Shown piece by piece: positions 10,842 to 22,108 of a stretch of 64,000 nucleotides of DNA. The stretch is from Dendrobates tinctorius (Eukaryota), in NCBI RefSeq assembly GCF_039654945.1, contig NW_027361819.1, positions 4,278,001 through 4,342,000 on the forward strand, read 5' to 3'. The number at the start of each line of letters is the position of its first letter. Position 1 is the first letter of the stretch. The translations under genes and the position numbers were made by a program. The notes below the pieces were generated by a model. It was not told the origin of the DNA, did not search any database, and was given only the letters and a program-made list of their open reading frames with translations.

Positions 10842-13800
10842 CTAGGAGATATTAAACATTTCCTTTAAGCTGTTGAGGGCATCTTCTCCAGTCATTACCT
10901 TCCAGTCTTCAGGCAGTCTTGCAGGTTCTGCATAAAATTCTTTAGCAAATTCTCTGTTAAATTTGGCGAAAATGAATTTCCAGTAATCTGAGGACTTAAT
11001 GCTGGGGTCGGGTTGGATGGTCCAGTCTGGATAGTACGTGCGATACTCTTTGTATAGGTGAAGTTTACAACCAGTGTCTAAATTACTGAATGAATTTTCA
11101 GACACAACAGATGACGTACAAATGTCGGTCACTAATTTTTTTCCTCTTTCCCATCTGTAATGTCCTAAACCTTGAGGTCTATGGACAGATGCAAAGTGTT
11201 CGGTATGGTCGGCACCTTCAGCCTCACAGGGGACTTTACAGAATGGACACTGATGTCCACATCCAATCACCTTACTGAACAGCTCATCCTGAGGCTTCAG
11301 CTTGAGTTTGGAGAGCAAGTCTGGGAAAGTCATGGACTTAAGCTGTGCCAAGATCTGTTGTTGTGTAGATGCAAGAAAATCCTGACTACTAGTGGAGAAC
11401 TGACGAACATCAATTGTGTTATTGAAAGCCGTGATTGCCATTGCTTCCGGTGAAATCACAAGCTTTTCATCCAACGCCTTCTGGACATTTTCTAAGAATC
11501 GAGGAATGTCTTCACTCTCCAGAATGGTCTCATCTCTAAGGACGTCCTTCACATCTTTGAGGACCGAGCTGATGAGAACTGCCTGTAATGGTTGTAGAGT
11601 TGCTCGCTCCTCATACATTTCTTTAATTTTATTTTGGATCCATTCTTTACAGAAGGTTTCATAAAATTTTGTATATTCAACATATTTTTTCAAAGACAAT
11701 TCATCCAGTAAGTCCTTCAGTAGACTGTACTGGAAAAAGCTTCGACTTTTGAATATTTGGTTGCTTGAATCCTCTAAAATGTCATCCACCATCTTCTTCC
11801 CCAGATGACTGTAAACGTAATCGATTATTGCGGGGCTTAGACACTTTGTGCAGAACTGTTTGACTCTGCTTTGTGATTCATCTTTTGCTTTAAAAACATC
11901 AAGAAATACAGTCAGATAATCCGGCTTCAGGTTGTCCAGACACGTTTTAGGGTCGTTCCTTTCTATAAAACGATCGTGCATCTGTTGAAATCTGGTTGAT
12001 GCTTTTCTAAAAATAAAGAGCTTGATATCCAACTCAAACTGCAATGTGAAGTGGAGATTTTTATTATGTTCATCTTCAAGTTTTCTATTAATCATCTGCA
12101 GAGTTTCCTGGCAATAAGTGTCATCATAGTCCTCATTGGTGTTCTCCATCTCGCTGACGTTTCTGTCGCACATTTCTATAAGTGAAGTAGCAAGATGATC
12201 AAGCTCGTCATAAGATTCTTTTTTTTTCCCAGCCATTTGTTCCCATATTTTCGAAAACCAATGCAGATCTATATGGCTTTCATAAATAATAAAGTTACTG
12301 TGTTGATCAGCCAACGTATTCTCAGCCAACAACGCTTCATTTATATCCGGTCCTTTGTGGCTCATGTCATTTCTAAGTTGTCGGAGAATCGCATCACTCA
12401 CTTTACATCTCTCCAGTTTCTCAATTTGTAAATCTGACAGAGTCTTCTCCCACATGGCATTAAATTCACGTTTTACTTCTTCATCTCTCAGTTCATGGTC
12501 CTTCTCTCTGCAGGTTTTCAAGAGTCCATCAATTTTCTCTTCAATCAACGCCTGGTACTTCTTCTTGATGTCCCGAATCTTTAGTTTCCCCTTTTGAATA
12601 GAAAGTGTTTTTCGATACTTGTCTATCGCATTTCTCCTGAGCTCTCTTCTTAGACCTGTAATGCTCTTTTTAAAATCTTCCCGATGTCTTTCTATCAAAT
12701 TAAGGTTTTCCAAATCCCCTTCATAATATTTCTCCAACAGGTCGATCATTTTCTTCTCCTCTTTATGCAGCAGTTGATCCAGATCTTTGATTGTCTCGTT
12801 GGTGTTTTCATCAAAATTGTGAGTCGGTTGATTCTTAATGTTCGTTTCTTTCCTCATTACCCAATTATGGACCTCTTTAGTAAAATGCCATTCCCACTGA
12901 GAGAACTGCATCGACAGCTTATTATAAGCTTCAGCCACCAGACTGTTCCTGAAGCTGAAGATGAATTTCTCATTTTTGACAGCATTCCACAAGTTTTTCA
13001 CCCACTTACAAAAGTCTGGTATTCTTAAAGCCTTGTCTAGTGTCTTGGTTTGTAGGAATTCTAACAGATATTTTTTAAGTTCTGAAACGTGTTCACTGTA
13101 CCCAGAGTTTACAGGAGCCATTGGTGGGACCCCCTGCCACAGCCCGGGGATGTACCAGCTGTGTTTGTCCAAGTCATAGTCCATGACATCACTGAATTTG
13201 TCAAAGCCACTTTTCTTTTCCATTTTTGCAGCCACTTTTGTCATTTCATTTAATTGTTCTAGGAGTTTCTTCCGGTCTCTAATATTCTTGTCATGTGCGG
13301 ACACGTCGCTCACGTTCTGATGGACAAACTGGCAATTTGGTTTCTTGCCAACTTCTTTCATCCTTAGAAATGCATGGACAACTATCTGTAAAATATCCTT
13401 CATCTCTGTGGTATTTTCCATGGCCATATTCACTATAGTGATGTCACTCAGCCCAACCACGAGTGTGGCCAACTCATTGTCATGTTCATAACTGTCCTCC
13501 AGAGAAAACAATTCAGGAGCCTTCAACCCTTCAGTGTCGATCACCAGAATAAATTCACAACCCATCATCTCCTGAAAGTTCTCCTTCACTTTAATGAGAG
13601 TCATGAAGGCTCCTCGTGTGCATCGTCCACTGGCCACAGGGAACTGTAGACCAAACATGGTGTTCAGGAGGGTGGACTTCCCTGTACTCTGCACTCCCAG
13701 CACAGTTATCACCCTCATCCTGCATTGTCCTCCAGTCTTCTTGTTCAGCTTAGTCAGGACATCAGTTATCCATTTTAAGGGAATATTGGAGGCATCTCCA

Positions 13801-15550
13801 TCAATCAGCTCCAATGGAAACCCATCCAACAAGAGATCCGCAGCAGTGCCTGGAAGGTGACGGAACCTTTTAGCAGATTCATTTTTTACTGTAGAATATT
13901 CAGCTTCATAAAACTGTCCTAACTCACGAATAAAATGCTCAATACCTAATGAACTCTCGGAAATTCTCTTGTCAAGCTGCTTCAGTTCTTGGGCATTGTC
14001 TGCTGCATAAGATTGGTTGCATATCTCTTTATATTCAGCTTGTAGCTTGGATACATTTATTCTTGCAATTAAATCAAGCTCAAACTTCATCCATTTAAGA
14101 AAATATTGTTTCTCATCTCTAGATAAATGTGCAAGTACATTAATAAATAGAGTCATGGCTCCAGGGAGAGCATGCTTATTTTGTTCACTATGAAGTAAAT
14201 GACGTTTTGCCTTTATCTTTGACCGATATATTTCCTGATCTTCTCCACCTTGTTTTTTCATTCTGCAGAATTCCTTTTCTAATGTAGACAACTTTTTCCA
14301 CAGGTCTCCTTGCAGGGTTAAGCTTTCATTCTTAAACCTTTCTACACTTTCTATCATTGAGGTGATGTTCAGAGCATAGTCGCTTGTTCTCAGAAATTCG
14401 GGAGAAGCTTCGTCTATATGGATGTTAAGATCAGAGACTTCTTTAGTAATACCTTTTACTTTTACTAGTTTAGGATTTTTTCTCAGTAGACCATTAATGA
14501 TTTTTTGAACCTTGTTCATGAACTCTGCATCGTTCATGGTGGATGATTTTAGAACAACATTAGCTTTCTCAATCTTTAGGAGAGACATTAGGTTTTGCAT
14601 GTGTTGCTTTGTCTCTGGGTCAACACCTTTGTCTTTACCCGGAGTGACAATGAAATAAAACTTTGTGTCAGAGGGACTGAAGGAGGATAGTAACCTGAAT
14701 TGTCTCTCACACATACCATCAATAAATATGAAGGTGGCTGATGAGATCCGAGTGAGGAAGGTGAACTGCTCCCAGTTGGACTCCAGGTCTCCACGTAGAT
14801 TGGCCACAGCAATCGGCTCTGGGAAGGCATCAGATTTCCCACAAGGAAAGTACCAGGACATTTCCACCAGCCCGTCAGATATCTTCCTCTCAATGTTTCC
14901 TCCATCCATGTTGTCATGTATGAAAAACTCATGATGTTGTTGAGCTGGGTTAAGAACTTGGTTTAAGATCTTAGATTTGGATAACTTATTTGGCCCCAAC
15001 CTGACAAATGAGAAGATCGGCATCTCAATATTCACCACGTTGTCTTCTCTGAACCCTTTACTATCTGCTAGAGACTGAGGTCTCCATTTCTTCACAATAT
15101 CTCTCATTGCCCAACGCATGAAGATGGATCCTGAACCATCACCAGAGGGAAGCAAAAGAGGAACTGGAAACTGGCACATGGACATTTTGGATACGAGTTC
15201 TTGCTGGAGACATTCATCTGAACAGCTGAGGACAGCGCACAGAACATCCAGAGGGTGAATAGATTTCGATTTCTGATTTTGCATAGTTTTACTGGTGAAC
15301 AAATCCAATGACTCATCATCTGCACTTGATCCCAGGTTTAATAGGTCATCAAGTTCTGTTTTTCTTGCATTTCTGTGCAAAGCTATAATATTCATTAGGA
15401 AATGTCCAGGAAGGTCTGCTGTGGTTTTAGGCTTCTGATAATGTAGATTTTCTGGACCGATGCTCAAAATGTCCCTCAGCGTAAACTTTGAATTTCTAGA
15501 CTTCTCCATTCCCAGTTCAACCAGGAGCTCCTTAAATGTTTTTTGTTTGC
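10842..15550 (-). CDS. Large terminal coding exon of a very large interferon-inducible GTPase (GVIN1/VLIG/URGCP-like), copy 1
   Basis: Uninterrupted 1555 aa ORF with G1 GVQSTGKS (13674-13697), G2 CTRG, G3 DTEG, HQNV, family motifs HPLDVLCAV and MSMCQFPVPLLLP, and C-terminal CPFCKVPC..H..H..HRPQG. A splice acceptor (long poly-T + TATAG, AG at 15552-15551) extends the frame 41 nt upstream of the Met at 15509 (GC + KQKTFKELLVELG). Confidence 0.93.
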
Positions 15551-15551
15551 C

Positions 15552-15585
<34 letters not shown>

Positions 15586-16614
15586 ACAAATCGTCTAAAG
15601 TTAGTATTTGATGCACCAAGTATATAATAAAAAAAAAAAAAAAAGTTATCCAGACCCCTTTAGTTTTTCTAACTCCATTTCTGTAGCTTACCACCATTTG
15701 TCATTTCAATAAGCCAACAGCAGAAAGGCTCGTCGTCCCATCTGCTCTGTCCCACAGACTAGTTCTACCAATACTGCCCCCACCATCTGTTCATTGCCAT
15801 AAATGCGTTCAGAGCTCTCCTCCTACACAGTGTGCAGAGTTATGAACTTTGTATTTTTCTTGTCATTTCATTATTGCTCATCTCCATTCTTGGAAGTCCA
15901 GAGGGTTACTAAACAATATATAATAAAGCAACAGTTTTGTCTTGACAATCTGGGTGCAGAAATATTCTGCAACTAAAGTGTAAAGTTTCCATTTTTTAGA
16001 GAATAAGGAGCCAAAACAGCTCAATGAACAAAACCCATTTCTGACATTTCCACAGATCTCAAGATGAGAGAATATATATATTAGGAAAAAAACAAAACAA
16101 AATACCAGTAGTGATGATTGCCTTGGACAAGACTATTAACACTGTAGTGCCTACCTCAATAAACATGTGTCACGAATAAAGTCATGCCGGCTCAGACGAT
16201 GCCCAGATTAACAAGGTCCGCGTCACATGTTGAAGAACCAGGACGATCTGATAAATGGGCTATTGGAACAAACCATTCATGGCCAAGGCACGAGAATCTG
16301 GATCTGATGAAATGCTACTATAACAGCAGACCAAGTGAGAGGATATATGAAGCGTATGAGGAAATCTGGATGTGGATACAAGACCTGCATGTCCACTGAG
16401 AAACAACTAGTCACCCAACATTTCAATGTCAAAGAAAAAGGCCATTATCACAACTTGAGATTGATGAACTGCACTGCAGATCCACCTAACATGAAGACCC
16501 GGAAGAACATGTGCAACTCCCTGAAGATCCTGATCCAAGCCTGCAACCAGAGAGGACTGCAGCCGATCTGAAACAGAAGATCTTAGATAAAAATTAATAC
16601 CAAAGATAGACAAT

Positions 16615-17850
16615 TGGGTCACCCTCCCAGGGCAGCGGGGTACTTGATACCAGGTCGGTGCAAGGGGGGGGGGGGGGAACGTGTCACAGCAGCGGTGACC
16701 CGGTCCATGGCCCTGGGCACCCAAATCAATGGTGGTTTTCAATGTAATAGTTTGTGACGCCACCTGTGGTGTTCGGCAAGCGAGATGTTAGGCCGACGCT
16801 GCATGCAGATCTGCTGGGACTGATGATATGGTGCAGCAAAGATGGTGTAGCTCCCCACAGGTGGAGCTGTAGTCCCAGGGCAGTGTAGCTGTGAGATTAG
16901 AGGAGAGGCACGAATGGTGTGGAGAATGGTACCCAGGTGTAGCAGTGCTGAAGGTTTTAGCACACAAATGAATGGAGGACACCAGGGCTTGCAGTTTCAA
17001 AGCTTTACTCACAGTCCGCGGTGCACACTGGTACCTGCCGTGTCCTCCGGGGCAGAGACTCAACCTCCCGGGCAAGTCAGGACTCTCCTCTCCAACACTC
17101 CGCCAACATGTACCCTTCTGAATGACTCCTCTATAGCGCCTTGTGGTGTGAAGCACCCCAGTACTTAGTTACCCTGGAAAGCCTCTTACTAGATGTTCCC
17201 TAGAACTCTCCTTGTACGGCAGACAGCTGTAGCCTACTTCGGGGACTCGCCCTCTCCCGAGCCCCAGCTCTCCATACAATTTCTGTTGTGCCCCAAGTCT
17301 TGGATGGGAGTAGTGCATTTACAGCCTACTACTCCACCAGTGTCTGCTGCAGAACCATAAGTGTCCATACAACCTCGGGGACCGGGCCCCAGCCTTGCAC
17401 TGAGAACCTATAGGCAGGGTTCCTCTTCCAACCCACGTCTCCTCTGTTCTCTCTACTCCTTGGTTCTGTAGTGGTCTCTCTTTCCTATGGAATCTTAGGC
17501 TACAGTTCTAAGTCTTTCTCCTTCTCTCGGACCCGTCCTCAGACTCTCCCGACTGTCCTTCTCCCGCCTGACCTCCCAGACTGACTTCAGACTGAACTGT
17601 AATTCTAAACCTTCCCAATCTTTTATATGGATCTCAACTCCACCCACCTCCCAGCACATCCAGTGTTCCAAGCAGGGAACCACCAAAGGTGCTCTGCTAC
17701 TCTAAACACTGAGCCGCAATGTGGTTGTGCAGAACTACCCTGTTGTGTTGGAGCGTGGAAAGGAGTTTCCAACTTTCCCAGACGGTGGGGCACTACACCT
17801 TAGGAGAAGGTGCAGTACCTCTGTGGCGACTGAGCCTCAGGGGCACCACA
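16615..17850 (-). mobile_element. Solo LTR-like element (family X) inside the R4-like element; copy 48180-49430
   Basis: TGGGTCACCCTCCCAGGG...GGGGCACCACA termini; collinear with 25004-26264. No intact TSD. Confidence 0.75.
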
Positions 17851-18568
17851 CTGCCAAGGCTCAGCTGAAACACCAGACAGTATGATAGAAGATGCGAATA
17901 GAGCATTTTTATCAATACCTACCACAACTCAAACTAATGTACTGATCTATGCTACTGCCTCATCAATCATGGAAATGCTTGACTATACAATCAGCAAGAA
18001 AAGTACATGCCCCCTTGGAAAAGGAGACTGGAGACAAAGATCAAGGTGACACAAAGGGAAGTCAGCCAACTAAGAAATACAGAAGGGTGTAAAGATCAAG
18101 AATAAGACCAAGCTGGACAAGTACAGAGGCCTGACCCCAACTGAGGCCCTAGAGACTGCTAAACAGAGGCTCACCGCACTCGCTGCAAGACTAGGGAGAT
18201 ACAATAGAGAAGCTGAGGCCAAGAAGATAAATGCTCTTTTCTCCAGAGAACTATGCAAGGTGTACTCCCAACTACAGAGGAACAGCACAAAGGCTGCAAC
18301 TCCACCAATAGCAGAGACTGAATACTGGAGGAACAGATGGGAGAACACCAGTGCAACATGGCTGCAAGATCTGAGAATGAAACAGCAACCACCTAGAGCA
18401 AGTACCAGTCACCATTACAGAAGCGGACATCCAACAGCGGGTCAAGAACATGAAGAGCTGGACAGCACCTGGCCCAGACATGATCCTCACCTACTGGCTA
18501 GAGAAACATCAGTACATGAACACATGGCAAATCAGATAAACCAACTGCTAGAAGAAGGCCACCACACA

Positions 18569-20559
18569 CAGGGGCGTATCCAGGGGGGGGCAGCCGGGGC
18601 ATATGCCCCGGGCGCAGCTGTCAGGGGGCGCCATCTGGCCGCCTGATGCGGCAGTCCAAGGAGGAGAGTCGAGACTCCCCGTCAGCGGCATTCTGCCGCC
18701 CCCACACTCAGATGATTCTCCCGTTCTCTGTCTGAGCCGGCTGTCAAACTGACAGCTGGCGCAGAAAGTGCTGCGCGTCGGTGTACTAGCGTCTTCAGAC
18801 GCCAGTACATACATGTGACTGTCTGTCAAATCACTTGTTCTGTAAGCGCCAGTGCCGCGGTGTCTCACCGCCGCTGGCACTTCCGCATCAATGAAGCACC
18901 AGCAGCGTGATCAGGTCACATGATCACACTGCTGACGTCACACGCCGGCGGCCGGCTCTTCAGAGGCGAAGACTCAGGCAGGGAGGCAGGGGGGGGGACG
19001 CTAGCGGCTATATGGAGTCAGTGCAAGGGAAGATTGGGCCCAGACAGTGTGTGAGGAGCAAGGCCATGGATGGTGCAGACATATTCATGTGGTGTGGTGG
19101 AGAAAGATGAACATATGGGGGGGAAGGAGAAACCTAAGGACATTATGGGGGAACCTGAAGATCTTATGGGGGAAACCTGAGGACATTATGGGGGAACCTG
19201 AAGATATTATGGGGGGGGAACCTGAGGACATTATGGGGGGGGACCTGAGGACATTATGGGGATAAGGGAACATAATGTGTGGGGGGATTTTGAGTGGGGA
19301 GGGGAAAACAATGTGTGGGGGGATTTGGAGTAAGGATATTTAATGTGTGAGGATTTGGAGTGGGGATGGGGGATACTTGTGTGTGGGGAGATTGAGGACA
19401 TAAATGAAGAGTATGTATGAGGGCATGTATGAGGAAACAGTATGGGGGGATGGGTGCAGGCACAGTATGGCGAGTGGGTGATGGGTGCAGACAGTATAGG
19501 GAGCCAAGCGGGTAAATGCATGTGGACACATTATGAGTAGCGATGGAAAAAAATCTATGTGGACACAATATGGGGAGTGAGGGTGATGGGATGTGTGCAG
19601 ACACAGTATGGGGAGTCAGGGGGTATGTGTGAGCAGACAGTATAGAGTGTGAGGGGGTAATAATATGAGGAGACAGTATGGTGAACAGGGGGATGTTAGA
19701 GGAGACAGTATGAGGAGGGAGGGGAATAGTGTGAGGCAACAGTATATTGCAGATATTTTTATTTCGGAGCATTATAATGACACTTCTATCTTTAAGGGCA
19801 TCATGTGGAGATTTGCTGCAGAAGACCGGAGAAGATGGAAGTCTGCAGAGGCCGCTGTGGATGAGAAAACTCATCAAGGGGTCTGGACAAGAAGAAAAGA
19901 ACAACTCCAGAGACGTCATCTATAAGGTACCTGGATGTAAATATTTGTGATACTAATTCTCATGTTTTTATTTGTCAGGAGCATTACAGGGGTTGTCCAG
20001 GTTTGTGCTGAGTCTGCAGACATTCTATGTGACTGCAGACTTCTGAATTCTCACAGTGCTCACTGAACGTGGTTAGGATTCTCTCGTGCCGGTAATTTAC
20101 ATACATGCGGTCACATGCTGACTAGACATGTGTGGCCTCACTCAATGATAATGACAGAGCGAGGCCGGGCACGTCTAGTCAGAATGTGGCCAGAAGTATA
20201 TAAATCACATACTTGTGCTGACATGACCGTGTACTCTTGCCACCGGTACGGGAGAATCCTAAGTGTGCAGTGCATTTGTTGTGAGAATTCAGAAGCTGCA
20301 ATGTCAGGATTCAGCTCTGCAGGCTCCAGTAGTTATCACATGGACACTTCACTATGAAAATCGCATACTTATGGTCTTGTGATGAGCTTCTCTTCCTGCT
20401 TCTTTCAGTTTTTCATTGAACATTGAGATCATTAGGGAGAACAGCTCGTCAGTACATGACTAAGGTTGGAAATCGCTTATGTACTGGGGAAGGGGGGGGG
20501 GGGGGGGCGGCCGAACCGACTTCTTGCCCCGGGTGCCAGAAAGCCTAGATACACCTCTG
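18569..20559. mobile_element. Non-autonomous hAT-type DNA transposon inside the R4-like RT; copy 50149-52137
   Basis: Exact 8 bp TSD ACCACACA (18561-18568 and 20560-20567) and imperfect TIR CAGGGGCGTATC / GATACACCTCTG. Internal ~21 bp GGGGGAACCTGAGGACATTAT repeats. Confidence 0.85.
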
Positions 20560-21169
20560 ACCACACAGGTTGGCTAACACAAGGAACAGTGCTGATCATG
20601 AAGGATCCTCACGAAAGGAACAGTTCCATCTGGCTACCGCCCGATAACCTGCCTTACAACATGGAAACTCCTGTCAGGCATCATAGCCACCAAGATACAG
20701 AACCATATGAACCAGTACATGAATCCAGCTCAGAAAGGCATTGGGACCAACACCAGAGGCTCTAAGCACCAGCTCCTAGTAGATTGGTCTGTCTGGATCT
20801 TGAGTGACTGCTCTATCTCAGCACAGCCTGGACTGACTACAGGAAAGCCCATGACTCAAATGCCACACACGGATCTGTGAATGCTTGGCTCTCTACAATG
20901 TCAACAGGAAATTAAGAACCTTCCTCAAACTCAATGGGGCTATGGAAAAACATTGGAAGTCAACTCAAGACAACTAGCGCAAATGGCCATCAAATGCGGC
21001 ATATACCAAGGTGATGCACTGTCCCCATTGCTGTTCTGCATAGGCTTGAACCCCCTCAGTTAGTTAATTACAGAGTCTGGCTATGGATACAAAGTTCAAG
21101 AGTGGAAGCACCATCAGCCACCTCCTCTACATGGATGACAAAGTTATATGCGAAAAACGAATGAGATAT

Positions 21170-22108
21170 CAATATCTAACAAACCGAACATTCAGTGTCT
21201 GCCTCTCCCACACCACCTCCTCACCTTGCCCCCTGTGTCAGTGTTCCTCAAGGCTCAGTTCTAGGACCCCTACTCTTCTCCATCTACACCTTCAGCCTGG
21301 GACAGCTCATAGAATCCCACGGTTTGCAGCATCATCACTAAGCTGATGACACAGATTATTATTTATTATAGCGCCATTTATTCCATGGCGCTTTACATAA
21401 TACATACAAGTACAGTAATCTTAAACAATACAAGTCACGACTGGTACGGGATGAGAGGACCCTGCCCGCGAGGGCTCACAAGCTACAAACGCAGATCTAC
21501 CTATCTGCACTTGATCCTCACCTCCTTACCAAAATCCCACAGTGTCTGCTTTTTCAGCTTTCTTCTCTGCTCACTTTCTACAACTGAACTTGGACAAAAC
21601 AAAAATTCATAATCTTTCACCCCCCACCCCCCATCTCACTCTACCCCTCCACCAGACCCATCCATCAATGTCAATGGCTGCTCACTTTCCCCAGTCCTGC
21701 ACGCTCGGTGCCTTGGGGTGATCCTCGACTCTGCCCTCTTTCAAGCCACATAGCCAAACCCTTGCTTCCTCCTGCCATCTCAAACTCAAAAATATTTCCT
21801 GGATCTATGCATTCCTTGACACCACAAAAACACTAGTGCACACCCTTATCTCGCCTACCATAGAAACCTTCAAAGAGAACTTGAAGACCCACCTCTTCTG
21901 ACAAGCCTACAACGATCCTCAGTCTACAGAACCGCCGTACGACCAGCTCTACCTGCTCCTAGAGAATCCTCACCCATCCCTTGTAGACAGCCCTTGCGGG
22001 CAGGGTCCTCTCCCCTTCTGTACTTGTGTCTTGTATATTGTACTTTTCTATATTTACCCCTTTTCACTTGTAAAGCGCCATGAAATAAATGGCACTATAA
22101 AAATGTAT
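21170..22108 (+). mobile_element. 5'-truncated, internally deleted L2-clade LINE fragment with an inverted L2-tail/SINE piece at ~21355-21490; copy ~52748-53684
   Basis: Encodes [21 protein letters not shown] and FKENLKTHLF. 3' tail GTAAAGCGCCATGAAATAAATGGCACTATA; its reverse complement occurs at ~21367-21396. Confidence 0.75.

Noticed and set aside
11090-14934. Short + strand ORFs antisense to the GTPase exon
   Set aside because: Shadow ORFs with no recognisable motifs.
15507-15509. Met at 15509 as the true start of the GTPase
   Set aside because: The frame is open up to a strong acceptor 41 nt upstream that is phase-compatible with the CARD exon.
10842-15550. Claim of gene-wide positive selection between paralogues
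   Set aside because: Alongside the 22 amino acid changes I see over a dozen synonymous changes, so overall dN/dS above 1 is not indicated. Only local clustering is reported.
15686-15825. Possible small extra exon ending at a minus-strand GTAAGC donor (15691)
   Set aside because: From the acceptor near 15824 all three frames hit stops, and the nearer AGs lack a polypyrimidine tract. Not supportable without RNA data.
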